From the NCBI GenBank assembly GCA_963810495.1, contig CAWENP010000001.1, positions 153,924 through 217,923 on the forward strand: a DNA stretch of 64,000 bases, written 5' to 3'. Positions within the stretch are counted from its first letter, which is position 1. Each line of letters opens with the position of its first letter. The notes beneath the pieces were generated by a model. The model had not been told where the DNA came from. It made no database searches and saw only the letters and a list, made by a program, of their open reading frames with translations. Below are positions 23,101 to 32,830 of the stretch, in pieces. Source of the DNA: an uncultured delta proteobacterium. Its GTDB lineage: Bacteria; Desulfobacterota; Binatia; Binatales; Binataceae. A program made the position numbers and the translations under genes.

Positions 23101-23710
23101 CGAGCGCCTGGGCGAGGTCAACCTTGCCGCCGAAAGCGAGGTCAAGGAACTGGAGGAACGCTCCGGCGTGCTTAGCACCGAGCGGACCGACCTCGAAGCG
23201 GCGGTCAAGGACCTCACGCATACGATCCAGAAGCTCAACCGCGAGGCGCGCCGGCGTTTCAGCGAGACCTTCGAGGGCGCCGCGCGCAACTTCGCCGAAC
23301 TTTTCCCCAAACTACTGCGCGGCGGCAAGGGCCGGCTCGAGTTGCTGCCCGCCGACGACGTGCTGGAGGCCGGCGTCAACATCCTGGTCCAGCCGCCGGG
23401 CAAGAAGGTCAAGGAGATCGGGCTGCTCTCGGGCGGCGAGAAGGCGCTGTGCGCGATGGCGTTGATCTTTTCGCTCTTTCTGCTCAATCCGAGCCCGTTC
23501 TGCGTGATGGACGAGGTCGACGCGCCGCTGGACGAGTTCAGCCTCGCCGCGTTCACCAGCCTGGTCGGCGAACTCAAGGGCCGCTCGCAGTTCATCGTGA
23601 TCACGCACAACCAGCGCACGATGCAACGCGCGGACCATATCCACGGAGTGACGATGGAGCGGCCGGGAATCTCGCGGCTGATCTCGCTGGCAATTCCGCG
23701 CGCCGTGTAG
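20162..23710 (+). CDS. smc: Chromosome segregation protein SMC
   Basis: 1182 aa. Walker A [21 protein letters not shown], long coiled coils, and a C-terminal LSGGEKAL signature. Confidence 0.95.
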   Translation: [1182 protein letters not shown]

Positions 23711-23862
23711 CCCGCCGTCGCGCGCTTCGGTTCCGATCACGCGCGGGGACTGTTATTGTGTGAGGCGTTCGGCGCCGGACGCCGAAGGTCGGCGATACAA
23801 TACGCGCGGCCGCGTGGCCGGACGCGGCGCCGAAATCTTTTTTCCCAAGGATCATTCTCCGC

Positions 23863-25266
23863 GTGCCCGATTACATAAACGAATTTCTCGCCCGACTGTC
23901 GTCGATCATCGCTTGGATTCTCGCCGGACTTTCGTCCGTCGAGCGTCTCGGCCTGACTGGAACGCTCGCCAGGCTGTCGTTCGTCGAGCGTCTCGTGCTG
24001 GCAGTGGCGGCTAGCCAGATCGTGCTGCTGATCCTCGCGATTCTGATCGAGTTCAGCGCGCGCAAACGTCGGAGCGTCCACGAGCTGGAGCACGCTGCCC
24101 AGCAGGCGCTAGACGCAACCCGGCCCGAAGTCGTTCTGGCCGAAGAGATCGCCTCCTGGCCAACGTCCCGGCCGGCGGAGCACGCGCCCCCGGTCGCACC
24201 GCCTCCCGCGCCGCTTCCCCCGGTGGAACCGGCCGCCGAACCTACCGTAGAGGCCGCGCCCGCAAAGGAAGAACCCGCGCCGGCCGAGCCGGTCGCCCCG
24301 CCGCCTCCCGCGGCCGCGCCGAAGGCGCCCGCGCGAATCGGCTTGGGGCTCCGCCGCACGCGCGAGAATCTGCTCGGCCGTATTCGCGCAGCGATAACCG
24401 GCAGCGCGAAGCTGGACGAAATCTGCGAGGGCCTCGAGGAGGCGCTGATCGCCGCCGACGTAGGCGTCCAGGCGAGCCTCAAGCTGGTCGAGTCCGTGCG
24501 CACCCGGATAAAGGACGGCACCCGCCCCGACGCGATCCGCGAGGCGCTCAAGGACGAGATCGCGCGGATGCTCTCCGCGAGCGAGCGCCCGATGAACATC
24601 CCTGCCGAGGGACCGCTGGTGGTGATGCTGGCGGGGGTCAATGGGGTGGGCAAAACAACGACCGTGGCCAAGCTGGCGGCACGGATGAAGGCCGAACGCG
24701 GCACCGTGATCGTTGCGGCTGCCGATACTTTTCGCGCGGCCGCTATCGAGCAGCTTGAGGTATGGTGTGGGCGGGTCGGGGTCGACCTGATCAAGCAGAA
24801 CCAGGGTTCCGACCCGGCGGCGGTGGCCTTCGACGCGATCAAGGCGGCGGTGGCGCGCAACGTCTCGACGGTTTTAATCGACACGGCGGGCCGCCTGCAG
24901 ACCAAGGTCAATCTGATGGAAGAGCTGAAGAAAATTGCCCGCGTGGCCAGCCGCGAGCTTCCGGGCGCGCCGCACGAGTGCTGGCTGGTGCTCGACGCCA
25001 CCACCGGGCAGAACGCGCTCAGCCAGGCGAAAATCTTCGGTGACGCGGTGCCTCTTACTGGGGTGGTTTTGGCGAAACTCGACAGCACGGCCAAGGGCGG
25101 CGTGGTGATCGCGATAGCCGAGCAACTCAACCTGCCCGTGCGTTTCGTCGGCGTGGGCGAAAATATCGAAGACTTGCGGGCATTTGACCCGCGTGAATTC
25201 GTGGAAGCGCTGTTTGCCGAGGACGACTCGCGTCCTGAAGCTTCCAGCGGTTCTTATGCAGCTTGA
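23863..25266 (+). CDS. ftsY: Signal recognition particle receptor FtsY
   Basis: N-terminal membrane anchor plus a Pro/Ala-rich acidic region, then an NG domain with VVMLAGVNGVGKTTTVAKLA and DTAGRLQ. Conserved smc-ftsY order. Confidence 0.9.
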   Translation: MPDYINEFLARLSSIIAWILAGLSSVERLGLTGTLARLSFVERLVLAVAASQIVLLILAILIEFSARKRRSVHELEHAAQQALDATRPEVVLAEEIASWPTSRPAEHAPPVAPPPAPLPPVEPAAEPTVEAAPAKEEPAPAEPVAPPPPAAAPKAPARIGLGLRRTRENLLGRIRAAITGSAKLDEICEGLEEALIAADVGVQASLKLVESVRTRIKDGTRPDAIREALKDEIARMLSASERPMNIPAEGPLVVMLAGVNGVGKTTTVAKLAARMKAERGTVIVAAADTFRAAAIEQLEVWCGRVGVDLIKQNQGSDPAAVAFDAIKAAVARNVSTVLIDTAGRLQTKVNLMEELKKIARVASRELPGAPHECWLVLDATTGQNALSQAKIFGDAVPLTGVVLAKLDSTAKGGVVIAIAEQLNLPVRFVGVGENIEDLRAFDPREFVEALFAEDDSRPEASSGSYAA

Positions 25267-25290
25267 CAGCTTTATTAATCCAAAATTAAA

Positions 25291-25554
25291 GTGAAAGTGG
25301 AAACCGCATCGGCCATGACTCTTGAGGCACTTAAGCAACTCGACGACAGAATCCAGGCATCGGTCACCCGAATCCAGCAACTGCAAAGCGAAAATGAGCA
25401 GCTGGCGAAGCGGTTGGCTGAAAGTGAACAACGTTTTAACGAGGCTCAGGCCCGCGCCACCTCCGAACGCCAGCAGCATGAGACCGAGCGCAGCGAGATT
25501 AAGGCGCGAATCGAAAAAATCCTCGCCCGCTTCGACGGGCTGGACCTGGGCTGA
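25291..25554 (+). CDS. Small coiled-coil protein (ZapB-like?)
   Basis: 87 aa, Gln/Glu-rich heptad-like sequence, immediately upstream of zapA. Confidence 0.4.
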   Translation: MKVETASAMTLEALKQLDDRIQASVTRIQQLQSENEQLAKRLAESEQRFNEAQARATSERQQHETERSEIKARIEKILARFDGLDLG

Positions 25555-25589
25555 GGATCCGAGCTGAGCATGCCGCCGCTGGGTAGACG

Positions 25590-25859
25590 ATGAAAGGCAT
25601 CAACGTCGAAATCATGGGTCAGAGCCTGACCGTAATGAGCGATAGCGGTGATGAATGGGCCAAGGCTCTAGCGGCGACCGTGGATGAAAAGATAAGCTAT
25701 ATTCGCGCCAACAGCCGCGCGGTTAATTCGGTAAGCGTGGCAATTTTGGCGGCGTTGAATTTTGCCGACGAACTCGAACGACTGAAGCGGGATCATCAAG
25801 CGTTAATCGATCAGATAGAAGCACTTAACCGGCGGCTATCGGTGGCGATGGATTCGTAG
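25590..25859 (+). CDS. zapA: Cell division protein ZapA
   Basis: INVEIMGQSLTV..., and SVAILAALNFADEL, fit the ZapA family. Confidence 0.7.
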   Translation: MKGINVEIMGQSLTVMSDSGDEWAKALAATVDEKISYIRANSRAVNSVSVAILAALNFADELERLKRDHQALIDQIEALNRRLSVAMDS

Positions 25860-26142
25860 ATGCCGCGCAACACGGTTTTCTTGGAGGCTTCGGGTCGGCG
25901 GATTCGGGATAGTTACGGCGGGGGGAAGTCAGATCTCTGGAGGATCTCAGTTAGAAGCGCGATGCGGCGCTCGGAAGATATAAGACCTGTGCCGGTTCTC
26001 AGTTATACATGGCGCGGCCCCGGGCCGCGTGATTTTATGGAGCCAGCAACGCCCGCACGACCGTGGCAACATCGATGGCCAAGGGCGATCGATCGCACAG
26101 CGCAACCGCCGACTTAGCCCGAACCCGCCGCCGCAAAAAGCA

Positions 26143-26790
26143 GTGGCGGACGAAAAACAATATCTGCGCGCCGTCCTCTCCGAGGCGCGATCCAATCTAT
26201 CTGTTGAACGCGCGGGCGCGCTATCGATAGGCGTGCAGCAGCGCCTGCTCGCCACACAAGCCTATCTCGCCGCCGCTAAAGTCGTACTCTACGCACCACT
26301 GGGCCGCGAGGTCGAAACCGCTCTCATAGCAGCCGACGCGCTGCGCTCGCATCGTCAGCTCTACTACCCGATCGTCGATCGCAACCTTCGCCGGATAAGG
26401 CTTGGCGCCGTATCCGACCTCGGCGAATTGCGCTCCGGCGCGTTTGGAATCCTGGAACCGCCCATCACCGGGGCGCTCGAGGCCGGAGCTTTAGTGACCG
26501 GCCTCGGCGCCGCGCTGGTATGCGTGCCAGGGATCGCGTTTACACCCGCCGCCGCCCGCCTGGGCCGCGGCGGCGGCTACTACGACCGGCTGTTAGCCGC
26601 GCTCAAGAGCGAAGCGGTGACCGCCGGGCTGGGCTATTCGTTTCAGTTGATTGACCGGCTGCCGGAGCAGGCTCATGACCGGCGGCTGGATCTTATCGTG
26701 ACCGAGTCCGCCGTTTACGCGGCCAGCGGCGCGCCACCCGCGGCTACGCAAACGGCGGACCAAGGAGGTTTTCCAAAATGGGCGTGCTGA
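26143..26790 (+). CDS. 5-formyltetrahydrofolate cyclo-ligase
   Basis: ORF 26029..26790 with an in-frame GTG at 26143 giving VADEKQYLRAVLSEAR.... Shows LYAPLGREVET, and GRGGGYYDRLL, motifs. Confidence 0.65.
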   Translation: MADEKQYLRAVLSEARSNLSVERAGALSIGVQQRLLATQAYLAAAKVVLYAPLGREVETALIAADALRSHRQLYYPIVDRNLRRIRLGAVSDLGELRSGAFGILEPPITGALEAGALVTGLGAALVCVPGIAFTPAAARLGRGGGYYDRLLAALKSEAVTAGLGYSFQLIDRLPEQAHDRRLDLIVTESAVYAASGAPPAATQTADQGGFPKWAC

Positions 26791-28340
26791 CAGGCGTCCT
26801 GTTCCTGATAATCGGTGGCGCGATGATGATTTACGCGGTCTACCTTGCCGGCCGGCGCCATCACGGCGCCGATGCCGAGTCCGCGCAACGCGAAGCGCAA
26901 GCGGTTGTCGAAGATGCAAGAACCAAAGCCGAACTGATCGTCAAGGAGGCGGAACTCAAGGCGAAGGACCTGCTCGTCGAGGTGCGCGCGCAGGCCGAAC
27001 GCGAAGTGCGCGAACAGCATCGCGAGCTGACCGCGCTGGAGAGCAAGCTGGCCGCGCGCGAGGAGAGTATCGACAAACGCCTCGAGGCGTTCGAGCGGCG
27101 CGAGGGCGATCTTAACCGGCGCGACCAGAACCTCCGCACCAAAGAGAAGGGCCTGGCCGACCGCGAGGCCGAGCGCCAGGAACTGATCGAGGCAGCGCGC
27201 GCCAAGCTCGAAGCGGTCGCCGGACTGACCCGCGAGGAGGCTCGCCGCCAGGTAGTCGATGAGATGACCGGACAGGCGCGCCATGACGCCGCCCGCCAAA
27301 TCCGCGTGATCGAGGAGGAGGCGCGTGAGGAGTCCGACCGGCGCGCCAAACGTATCGTCTCGATCGCGATCGAGCGGCTGGCCGGCGAATTCGTCACCGA
27401 GCGCACCGTCTCCGTGCTGGCGCTGCCCAACGACGAGATGAAGGGCCGCATCATCGGGCGCGAAGGGCGCAACATCCGGGCCATCGAGGCCGCCACCGGT
27501 GTCGATATCATCATCGACGACACGCCCGAGGCGGTCGTGATCTCGTGCCACAACCCGATCCGGCGCGAAATCGCGCGGGTCTCGCTGGAGCGGCTCATCT
27601 CCGACGGCCGGATTCATCCGGGCCGCATCGAGGAGGTCGTGCGCAAAGCCGAGCAGGAGGTCGAGGAATCGATCCGCGAGGCCGGCCAGCGCGCCATCAT
27701 CGAGGTCGGCGTCCACGGCATCCATCCCGAACTGGTCAAGCTGCTGGGGATGCTGAAGTACCGGTACAGCTACGCGCAGAACGTCCTGATGCATTCGCTG
27801 GAGGCGGCGTTCCTGTGCGGCGCGATGGCGGCCGAGCTCGGGCTCAACGAAAAGCAGGCCCGCCGGGCCGCGCTTCTGCACGACATCGGGAAGGCCCTGA
27901 CTCACGAGGTCGAGGGCTCGCATGCGCTGATTGGCGCCGAGCTTGCGCGCAAGTACGGCGAGTCGGCGAAGATCGTCAACGCGATCGCGGCCCATCACGA
28001 GGAGGTCAAGGCGGAGACGATCCTGGCGCCGCTGGTGGACGCGGCCGACGCCCTTAGCGGCGCGCGCCCGGGCGCGCGGCGCGAGGTGCTGGAGAGCTAC
28101 GTCAAGCGGCTCGAAGACCTCGAAACGATCGCCAAGTCGTTCAAGGGTGTCGAGAAATGCTTCGCCGTGCAGGCCGGGCGCGAGATGCGGATCATCGTCG
28201 AGCCGGGGCAGGTCTCCGACGACGACGCGACGATGCTCGCGCGCGACGTGGCGAAGAAAATTGAAACTGACATGACCTATCCCGGTCAAATCCGTGTAAC
28301 GGTCATCCGCGAAACCCGCGCGACCGAACTCGCGCGCTAG
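26778..28340 (+). CDS. rny: Ribonuclease Y
   Basis: N-terminal TM, then coiled coil, a KH domain (GRIIGREGRNIRAIE), and an HD domain (HSLEAAFLCGAMAAELG...LLHDIGK). Confidence 0.9.
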   Translation: MGVLTGVLFLIIGGAMMIYAVYLAGRRHHGADAESAQREAQAVVEDARTKAELIVKEAELKAKDLLVEVRAQAEREVREQHRELTALESKLAAREESIDKRLEAFERREGDLNRRDQNLRTKEKGLADREAERQELIEAARAKLEAVAGLTREEARRQVVDEMTGQARHDAARQIRVIEEEAREESDRRAKRIVSIAIERLAGEFVTERTVSVLALPNDEMKGRIIGREGRNIRAIEAATGVDIIIDDTPEAVVISCHNPIRREIARVSLERLISDGRIHPGRIEEVVRKAEQEVEESIREAGQRAIIEVGVHGIHPELVKLLGMLKYRYSYAQNVLMHSLEAAFLCGAMAAELGLNEKQARRAALLHDIGKALTHEVEGSHALIGAELARKYGESAKIVNAIAAHHEEVKAETILAPLVDAADALSGARPGARREVLESYVKRLEDLETIAKSFKGVEKCFAVQAGREMRIIVEPGQVSDDDATMLARDVAKKIETDMTYPGQIRVTVIRETRATELAR

Positions 28341-28403
28341 GCTTGCCGCGGGCGGCGCCGGCCTTGGCCGGGGTGCCGCCCGCGGGCTATCATCGGTCCC
28401 ACG

Positions 28404-28943
28404 ATGCCGACGACGCGCGAAGTCCTCCAGGCCACGATCGCTCTGGAAAAGCAGAGCATGGCGCTCTATGCGCGCTTCGCCAAAACCTTCGCCGGTCATC
28501 CGCGCCTGCACGAGTTCTGGTTCGGGATGGCGCGCGACGAGGCGCGCCACGTCGGCGCGCTCGACCTGGTGACCACGGTGCTCGACTTCGAGGGAATGCT
28601 CGACCGGCCAAGCCCGGTCGCGCTCGACGACGCGACCGTGGCGCGGCTGGCTGCGCTGCTGGAGCGCGGCGCGCGCGAGGCCGCGGGCGGACTCGCGATC
28701 GAGCGGGCACTCGCGCTTGCGCTCGAGGTCGAAGAGACGGAGCTCGAGGACAAGGTCGGCGATCTGCTCAAGGCGCTGCAGCAGCACGATGAATACGAGC
28801 GCTGCATGCGCCTGTTGGTCCACGACCTCGGCGAGCTGAGCTACATGATCGAGCAGTACTGTTCGGACCCGGCGCTGCTCCAGCGCTGCGACGAGCTGGT
28901 CAACCATCACGCCGAGACGCTGCGGCTCTCTGCCGCGCACTGA
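28404..28943 (+). CDS. Ferritin-like / rubrerythrin-like domain protein
   Basis: ALEKQSMALYARFAKTF...EFWFGMARDEARHVGAL resembles the ferritin-like diiron helix pair. Confidence 0.45.
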   Translation: MPTTREVLQATIALEKQSMALYARFAKTFAGHPRLHEFWFGMARDEARHVGALDLVTTVLDFEGMLDRPSPVALDDATVARLAALLERGAREAAGGLAIERALALALEVEETELEDKVGDLLKALQQHDEYERCMRLLVHDLGELSYMIEQYCSDPALLQRCDELVNHHAETLRLSAAH

Positions 28944-29026
28944 ACGGGCGGGCGGCGCGCCGATCCGCCCGCGGCGCCGCGCGCATGGACGCCTGCCCCG
29001 CTGTCGGTTATAAATAATGTCCGCGC

Positions 29027-29102
29027 TGAGGAGTAGCCGAATTGGCAAGGCACCTGACTCTGGATCAGGGGATTGGAGGTTCGAGTCCTCCCTCCTCAGC
29101 CA
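29027..29102 (+). tRNA. tRNA-Gln (anticodon CUG)
   Basis: Acceptor stem TGAGGAG/CTCCTCA, discriminator G, CCA. Anticodon stem CCTGA/TCAGG with loop CTCTGGA (anticodon CTG). T-arm GGAGG-TTCGAGT-CCTCC. A TATAAAT box lies 12 nt upstream. Confidence 0.8.
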
Positions 29103-29135
29103 ACTCTCCCTCGTGAAGGGAGGCGCTCACCGGCA

Positions 29136-29210
29136 GGTCCCATCGTCTAGTGGTTAGGACACCGGCCTCTCACGTCGGGAACGCGGGTTCGACTCCCGCT
29201 GGGATCACCA
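29136..29210 (+). tRNA. tRNA-Glu (anticodon CUC)
   Basis: Acceptor stem GGTCCCA/TGGGATC. D-arm GTC-TAGTGGTTAG-GAC. Anticodon stem CCGGC/GTCGG with loop CTCTCAC (anticodon CTC at 29169-29171). T-arm GCGGG-TTCGACT-CCCGC, then A and CCA. Confidence 0.8.
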
Positions 29211-29453
29211 AAACAAATCAGTTCACTTAGCGACTGCGCCATTTGCTGCATGACCTTCGAGTGCCAAATAGGTGCCAGCTTTCCGCCGCCCGTGCGACTC
29301 TGGACTCGTCCCGCCTAGCACGACGCCGTTCACTGCCGCAGGTGATGCGCCCGCGTATCGCGGACGGCACCCGCGCCGAAGTTCGCGGGTGCTGGGCCCG
29401 CGTATATCAAGAAAGTTCGCCAACTCCGCGCACAAGGAGAAACCCCAGCGCTT

Positions 29454-29726
29454 TCAAAGAGTGCGCCGTGCGACCGGCTCGACATGCGAGTCATGGAAAG
29501 GCGGGAGGTGTTCGGGCGATAGTCCTTCGATCCTCTCTTGCATCTTGCGGATTGTGACAAAGTCCGCAAAGGTCGGCTCTGGCCCGGGCAGATCGCGGCG
29601 CGCCAGATAGGCACGATACAACATCGCGTAACCGTCCATCTCACGATCTTCGAGCCGGCACCCTTTGCGTGGAAGTTTGACTATGCCCATCATCTTGCGA
29701 GTCCTCCTTCTTGGCGGCACAGACAT
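29454..29726 (-). CDS. Hypothetical protein (90 aa) in the low-GC patch downstream of the tRNAs.
   Basis: ORF only. No recognisable motif. Confidence 0.25.
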   Translation of the reverse strand: MSVPPRRRTRKMMGIVKLPRKGCRLEDREMDGYAMLYRAYLARRDLPGPEPTFADFVTIRKMQERIEGLSPEHLPPFHDSHVEPVARRTL

Positions 29727-29853
29727 TGCCGTCTAGTGTTCCGGCCTTTCGCGGCGGTATCCAAAGATTCAAGAGCCGAGGATATCTACAACGAGTTTTT
29801 CGCATCTCTCTCTGAAACCTTTGCACTAGGACAGGGTGCTACTCACTGAGAAA

Positions 29854-30267
29854 TCATCGATCGTGTCTCTCCAGCGGCTTCGACCCCTTCGTGATTGGCT
29901 CAAAGAGCTTATCAATGGCGTGGGCAAGCTGGTTTGCAGACGAGACGTCAGTGTGGCCATTGGCTTTCTCTGTCGCTGCAGCGCGAGCTTTAGGATCGGT
30001 ACCAGCCGCAGCTGCCGCCGCCTGGTCATCCTTCTCCAGGACTATCGGCTCGCTGAGTGACACCACTTCGGAGCTGCTCCGGGCGGGAGGGTGCTCTTCA
30101 CTGGTGAGCGCGTTCTTCTGGCGGGCGTCTTCGTCCGTTAGCTGCTGCACAAAGACTGGCAACACATAAGAAACTTGTCGGCCAGATTTGACGGTGGCGG
30201 AGGGAGCAGGATCCACGGAGCCCGGCTGGAGCAATCGCTTTCGCAGCTCTTCCAGTTTTAAATTCAT
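29854..30267 (-). CDS. Hypothetical protein (137 aa) whose start abuts a 190 bp AT-rich block.
   Basis: ORF starts directly at the edge of the AT-rich region 30270-30460. Low-complexity Ala-rich middle. No recognisable family. Confidence 0.3.
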   Translation of the reverse strand: MNLKLEELRKRLLQPGSVDPAPSATVKSGRQVSYVLPVFVQQLTDEDARQKNALTSEEHPPARSSSEVVSLSEPIVLEKDDQAAAAAAGTDPKARAAATEKANGHTDVSSANQLAHAIDKLFEPITKGSKPLERHDR

Positions 30268-30946
30268 CGTTCACGATCTCCAGGATTTTGCTATTGCTCC
30301 ATGCTCGCACCTCCACCTGCACCGCTTCCCCGGTTCAACCAATAGCGTGCAATTTAAGGCAATACAAGATAGTAAATTCATAAATAAGCGATTTTGAATA
30401 AATACAGCATAACTAAGATAAAGATAATAAGCGACAAAGAGATGAATTGAGGTGTTATGAAGTCGAGCTATCGACTGGTAGGATGATTATGGTAAAGCCA
30501 CGCATAGGATATAGAAAGATAACTCTCACTTTCTCAAAAGCTGAGCCGCCTCGAAATGCGACCAGTGACCTGACTGGCAATCCGCTCGGCGGTCGGATTC
30601 GAGATCGCGCTGACAGTAGCCAGCCGCCGTCGAGCGTGACGTTTCTCCTTTCACCTGCAGTCGTCCGCGCTGCCGCGCTTCTCGCTCGGCGATAATGGCC
30701 CAGTGCTTCTTGACCCGGCAGTTCCCGGCGACGCTCGGCGCCTGGATGAGATGATAGCGCTAATCCACCACTTCGCCGCCAGCAATGGGGATATCGCGGA
30801 TCAGCTGTGGACCATTGAGGCCGCAGAGTCCATCCGCGCATGCTGCCGCGGAAAGCGCATTATTACCGACGACAATATGAGCACCGAATGGGGACGCTGG
30901 ATGGTGCGGCGCGCTCAGCGACGCGCCCGAACGGCGGGCAGCCTGG

Positions 30947-31618
30947 CTAGTCCGGCTTTTTCGCCGGCGCGGCGGGGATGAAGTCGAGCGCTGCGGAATT
31001 CATGCAGTAACGCAGCCCCGTCGGGGCTGGGCCGTCGCCAAAGACGTGCCCCAGATGCGCGTCGCATCGCGCGCACAGCACCTCGGTGCGATTCATGAAA
31101 AACGAGCGGTCGGCCTCCGTGCGCACGTTCTGTTTGGCGATCGGCTGGTAAAAGCTCGGCCATCCGGTGCCCGACTCGAACTTGGTATCCGAACTGAACA
31201 GCGCCGTCGCGCAGCAGATGCATCGGTAGAGCCCCCTCCCATGGTTCTCCGCATACTTGTTGGTGTAGGGCGCCTCGGTGCCTTTTTGGCGGGTGACGTC
31301 GTATTGCTCGGGGGTCAGGAGCTTGCGCCATTCGTCGTCCGTCTTCTCGACCTTGCTGACCATCACGACGCCTTTGCTCCGGCCGTCGTCGGTAAACTCC
31401 ACGATCGTGACCGTATAGGCTGCGCCCGAAGCTGGCGCGGCGGTGTCGGCCGCTTTCGACGCACCGCCGCCACCCACGAGTTCCCATGCGATCGCGAACG
31501 GAATCGCGGCAAGCAGGGCGAGTGTTGTCCTGCGGCCGAGAATTCCCACGTGGTTGGTTTCGCGGCCTGATTCGTGGCCTTGCTTGTAGTGTTGCGGCAT
31601 AGCGCGTTTCATCTTCAT
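30947..31618 (-). CDS. msrB: Peptide-methionine (R)-S-oxide reductase MsrB, secreted/periplasmic form.
   Basis: Signal-peptide-like N-terminus, then [25 protein letters not shown], and [21 protein letters not shown] (SelR CxxC pairs). Confidence 0.85.
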   Translation of the reverse strand: MKMKRAMPQHYKQGHESGRETNHVGILGRRTTLALLAAIPFAIAWELVGGGGASKAADTAAPASGAAYTVTIVEFTDDGRSKGVVMVSKVEKTDDEWRKLLTPEQYDVTRQKGTEAPYTNKYAENHGRGLYRCICCATALFSSDTKFESGTGWPSFYQPIAKQNVRTEADRSFFMNRTEVLCARCDAHLGHVFGDGPAPTGLRYCMNSAALDFIPAAPAKKPD

Positions 31619-31808
31619 CTAACTTCCGACTCTTGCTCCCACATCTTGCTTGATCCGACAACCGCATCAAGCAGCACGCGGTTCCTCCCGGCCCATCGGG
31701 CCGCAGGCAACCCTGCACATGTTACTACCGTGTGGAATCGCGAAAGTTACAAGCCGAAAATTACAAACGAGCAGAGCCGCCAACCGCGCGCGCAGAAGCG
31801 TTCAGAGC

Positions 31809-32228
31809 TCAGCGCCTGAAGAGCGAGTAACCCCTTGCGTACTGGTCAAGGTATTTGTGCAGCGATTCGACGCCCCAGTCGCGAACCCTGCTCTGCCAGC
31901 CGCCATTTGATCGCTCCTCGATCCACCACTGGGAAGTCCGGAGGTTGATGTAAACGATCTTGTCATCGCCAATCGCGGCGTTGCCGCGATGGCCGAAATG
32001 GCGCAATCGCAGGCCGAACCGGTGGAGCAAGTCCTGCCAATATATCCAGGTCATCCGGAAAGCAGGTGTTTGCGAAGCGGCAGGGATATCGTCGGCCTTG
32101 ATCGCGTAGCGCTCCATAAGCGCCTTAGCCAGGCGAACCGCATTCTCCGCCTCGGCCGCCAGGGCGCCGTTTTCGGTCTTCACCCTGCGCAGCAACCCGA
32201 TCTTTCGCAGTGCATCTTCGGCTCTCAC
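31809..32228 (-). CDS. DUF2786-like protein
   Basis: ORF 31809..32438, but the recognisable DUF2786 helix RKIGLLRRVKTENGALAAEAENAVRLAKALMERYAI begins near an in-frame GTG at complement 32226-32228. Its N-terminal extent is uncertain. Confidence 0.4.
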   Translation of the reverse strand: MRAEDALRKIGLLRRVKTENGALAAEAENAVRLAKALMERYAIKADDIPAASQTPAFRMTWIYWQDLLHRFGLRLRHFGHRGNAAIGDDKIVYINLRTSQWWIEERSNGGWQSRVRDWGVESLHKYLDQYARGYSLFRR

Positions 32229-32830
32229 GGTACCACCCTTGCACCTGTTGCCGATGCAGCGGTTGAGCGTGGAGACCTGACTGGCGAACAATATCAGGGC
32301 CAGATTCGTACTAACCAGCGGCACGGCAGCCGTGCCCGTCATGACTCGAAACTGGCGATCCACGCTCGACCGATTCAACCGGGCGGCCGCTTCGACAGAA
32401 ATTCCTCCGCTGCGATCATCGCCCGGCATTCGAAGCATAGCAAGACAGCCTATTAAAAGTCAAATAAGATTAGATAAGATGGTGAATGATAAAGTACGCT
32501 AATATTCACGCGGTAAGCTGTGCGTCCCTTACGCGTCGCTTAGAGGAGAGCATCGCGCAGGTACGCCTGGTAGGCGGAGACTTACTTTTCCTGGATGCCC
32601 TTGATGTAGCTGACCATATTCGAGATTCGTGCCTCGACCTTCGCTTCGCTCTCAGGAGTGGTGTCTGTCCGGACGCTCGTCGCGCTTGGCGCAAATGTCA
32701 GCAGCGCAAGCGTTGCGCACTTGATCCGTGTCCGGAACGCAGGACAGCGTCCGACGCGGGGTGGCTCTGCGGGCCTCGGTGAGCGATAATCGCGCCCGGC
32801 TTCGCAAAGGCAAGGGGGGAGCAGGCAACG

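Noticed and set aside
26715-29048. 777 aa minus-strand ORF
   Set aside because: Antisense to rny and the ferritin-like gene. It would also run through the tRNA-Gln(CUG) gene.
32560-32700. Apparent lipoprotein-like peptide (…IKCATLALLTFAPSATS…) on the minus strand
   Set aside because: Extending the frame upstream gives no start codon and continues as PPRVGRCPAF... . It is just an open frame in intergenic GC-rich DNA.
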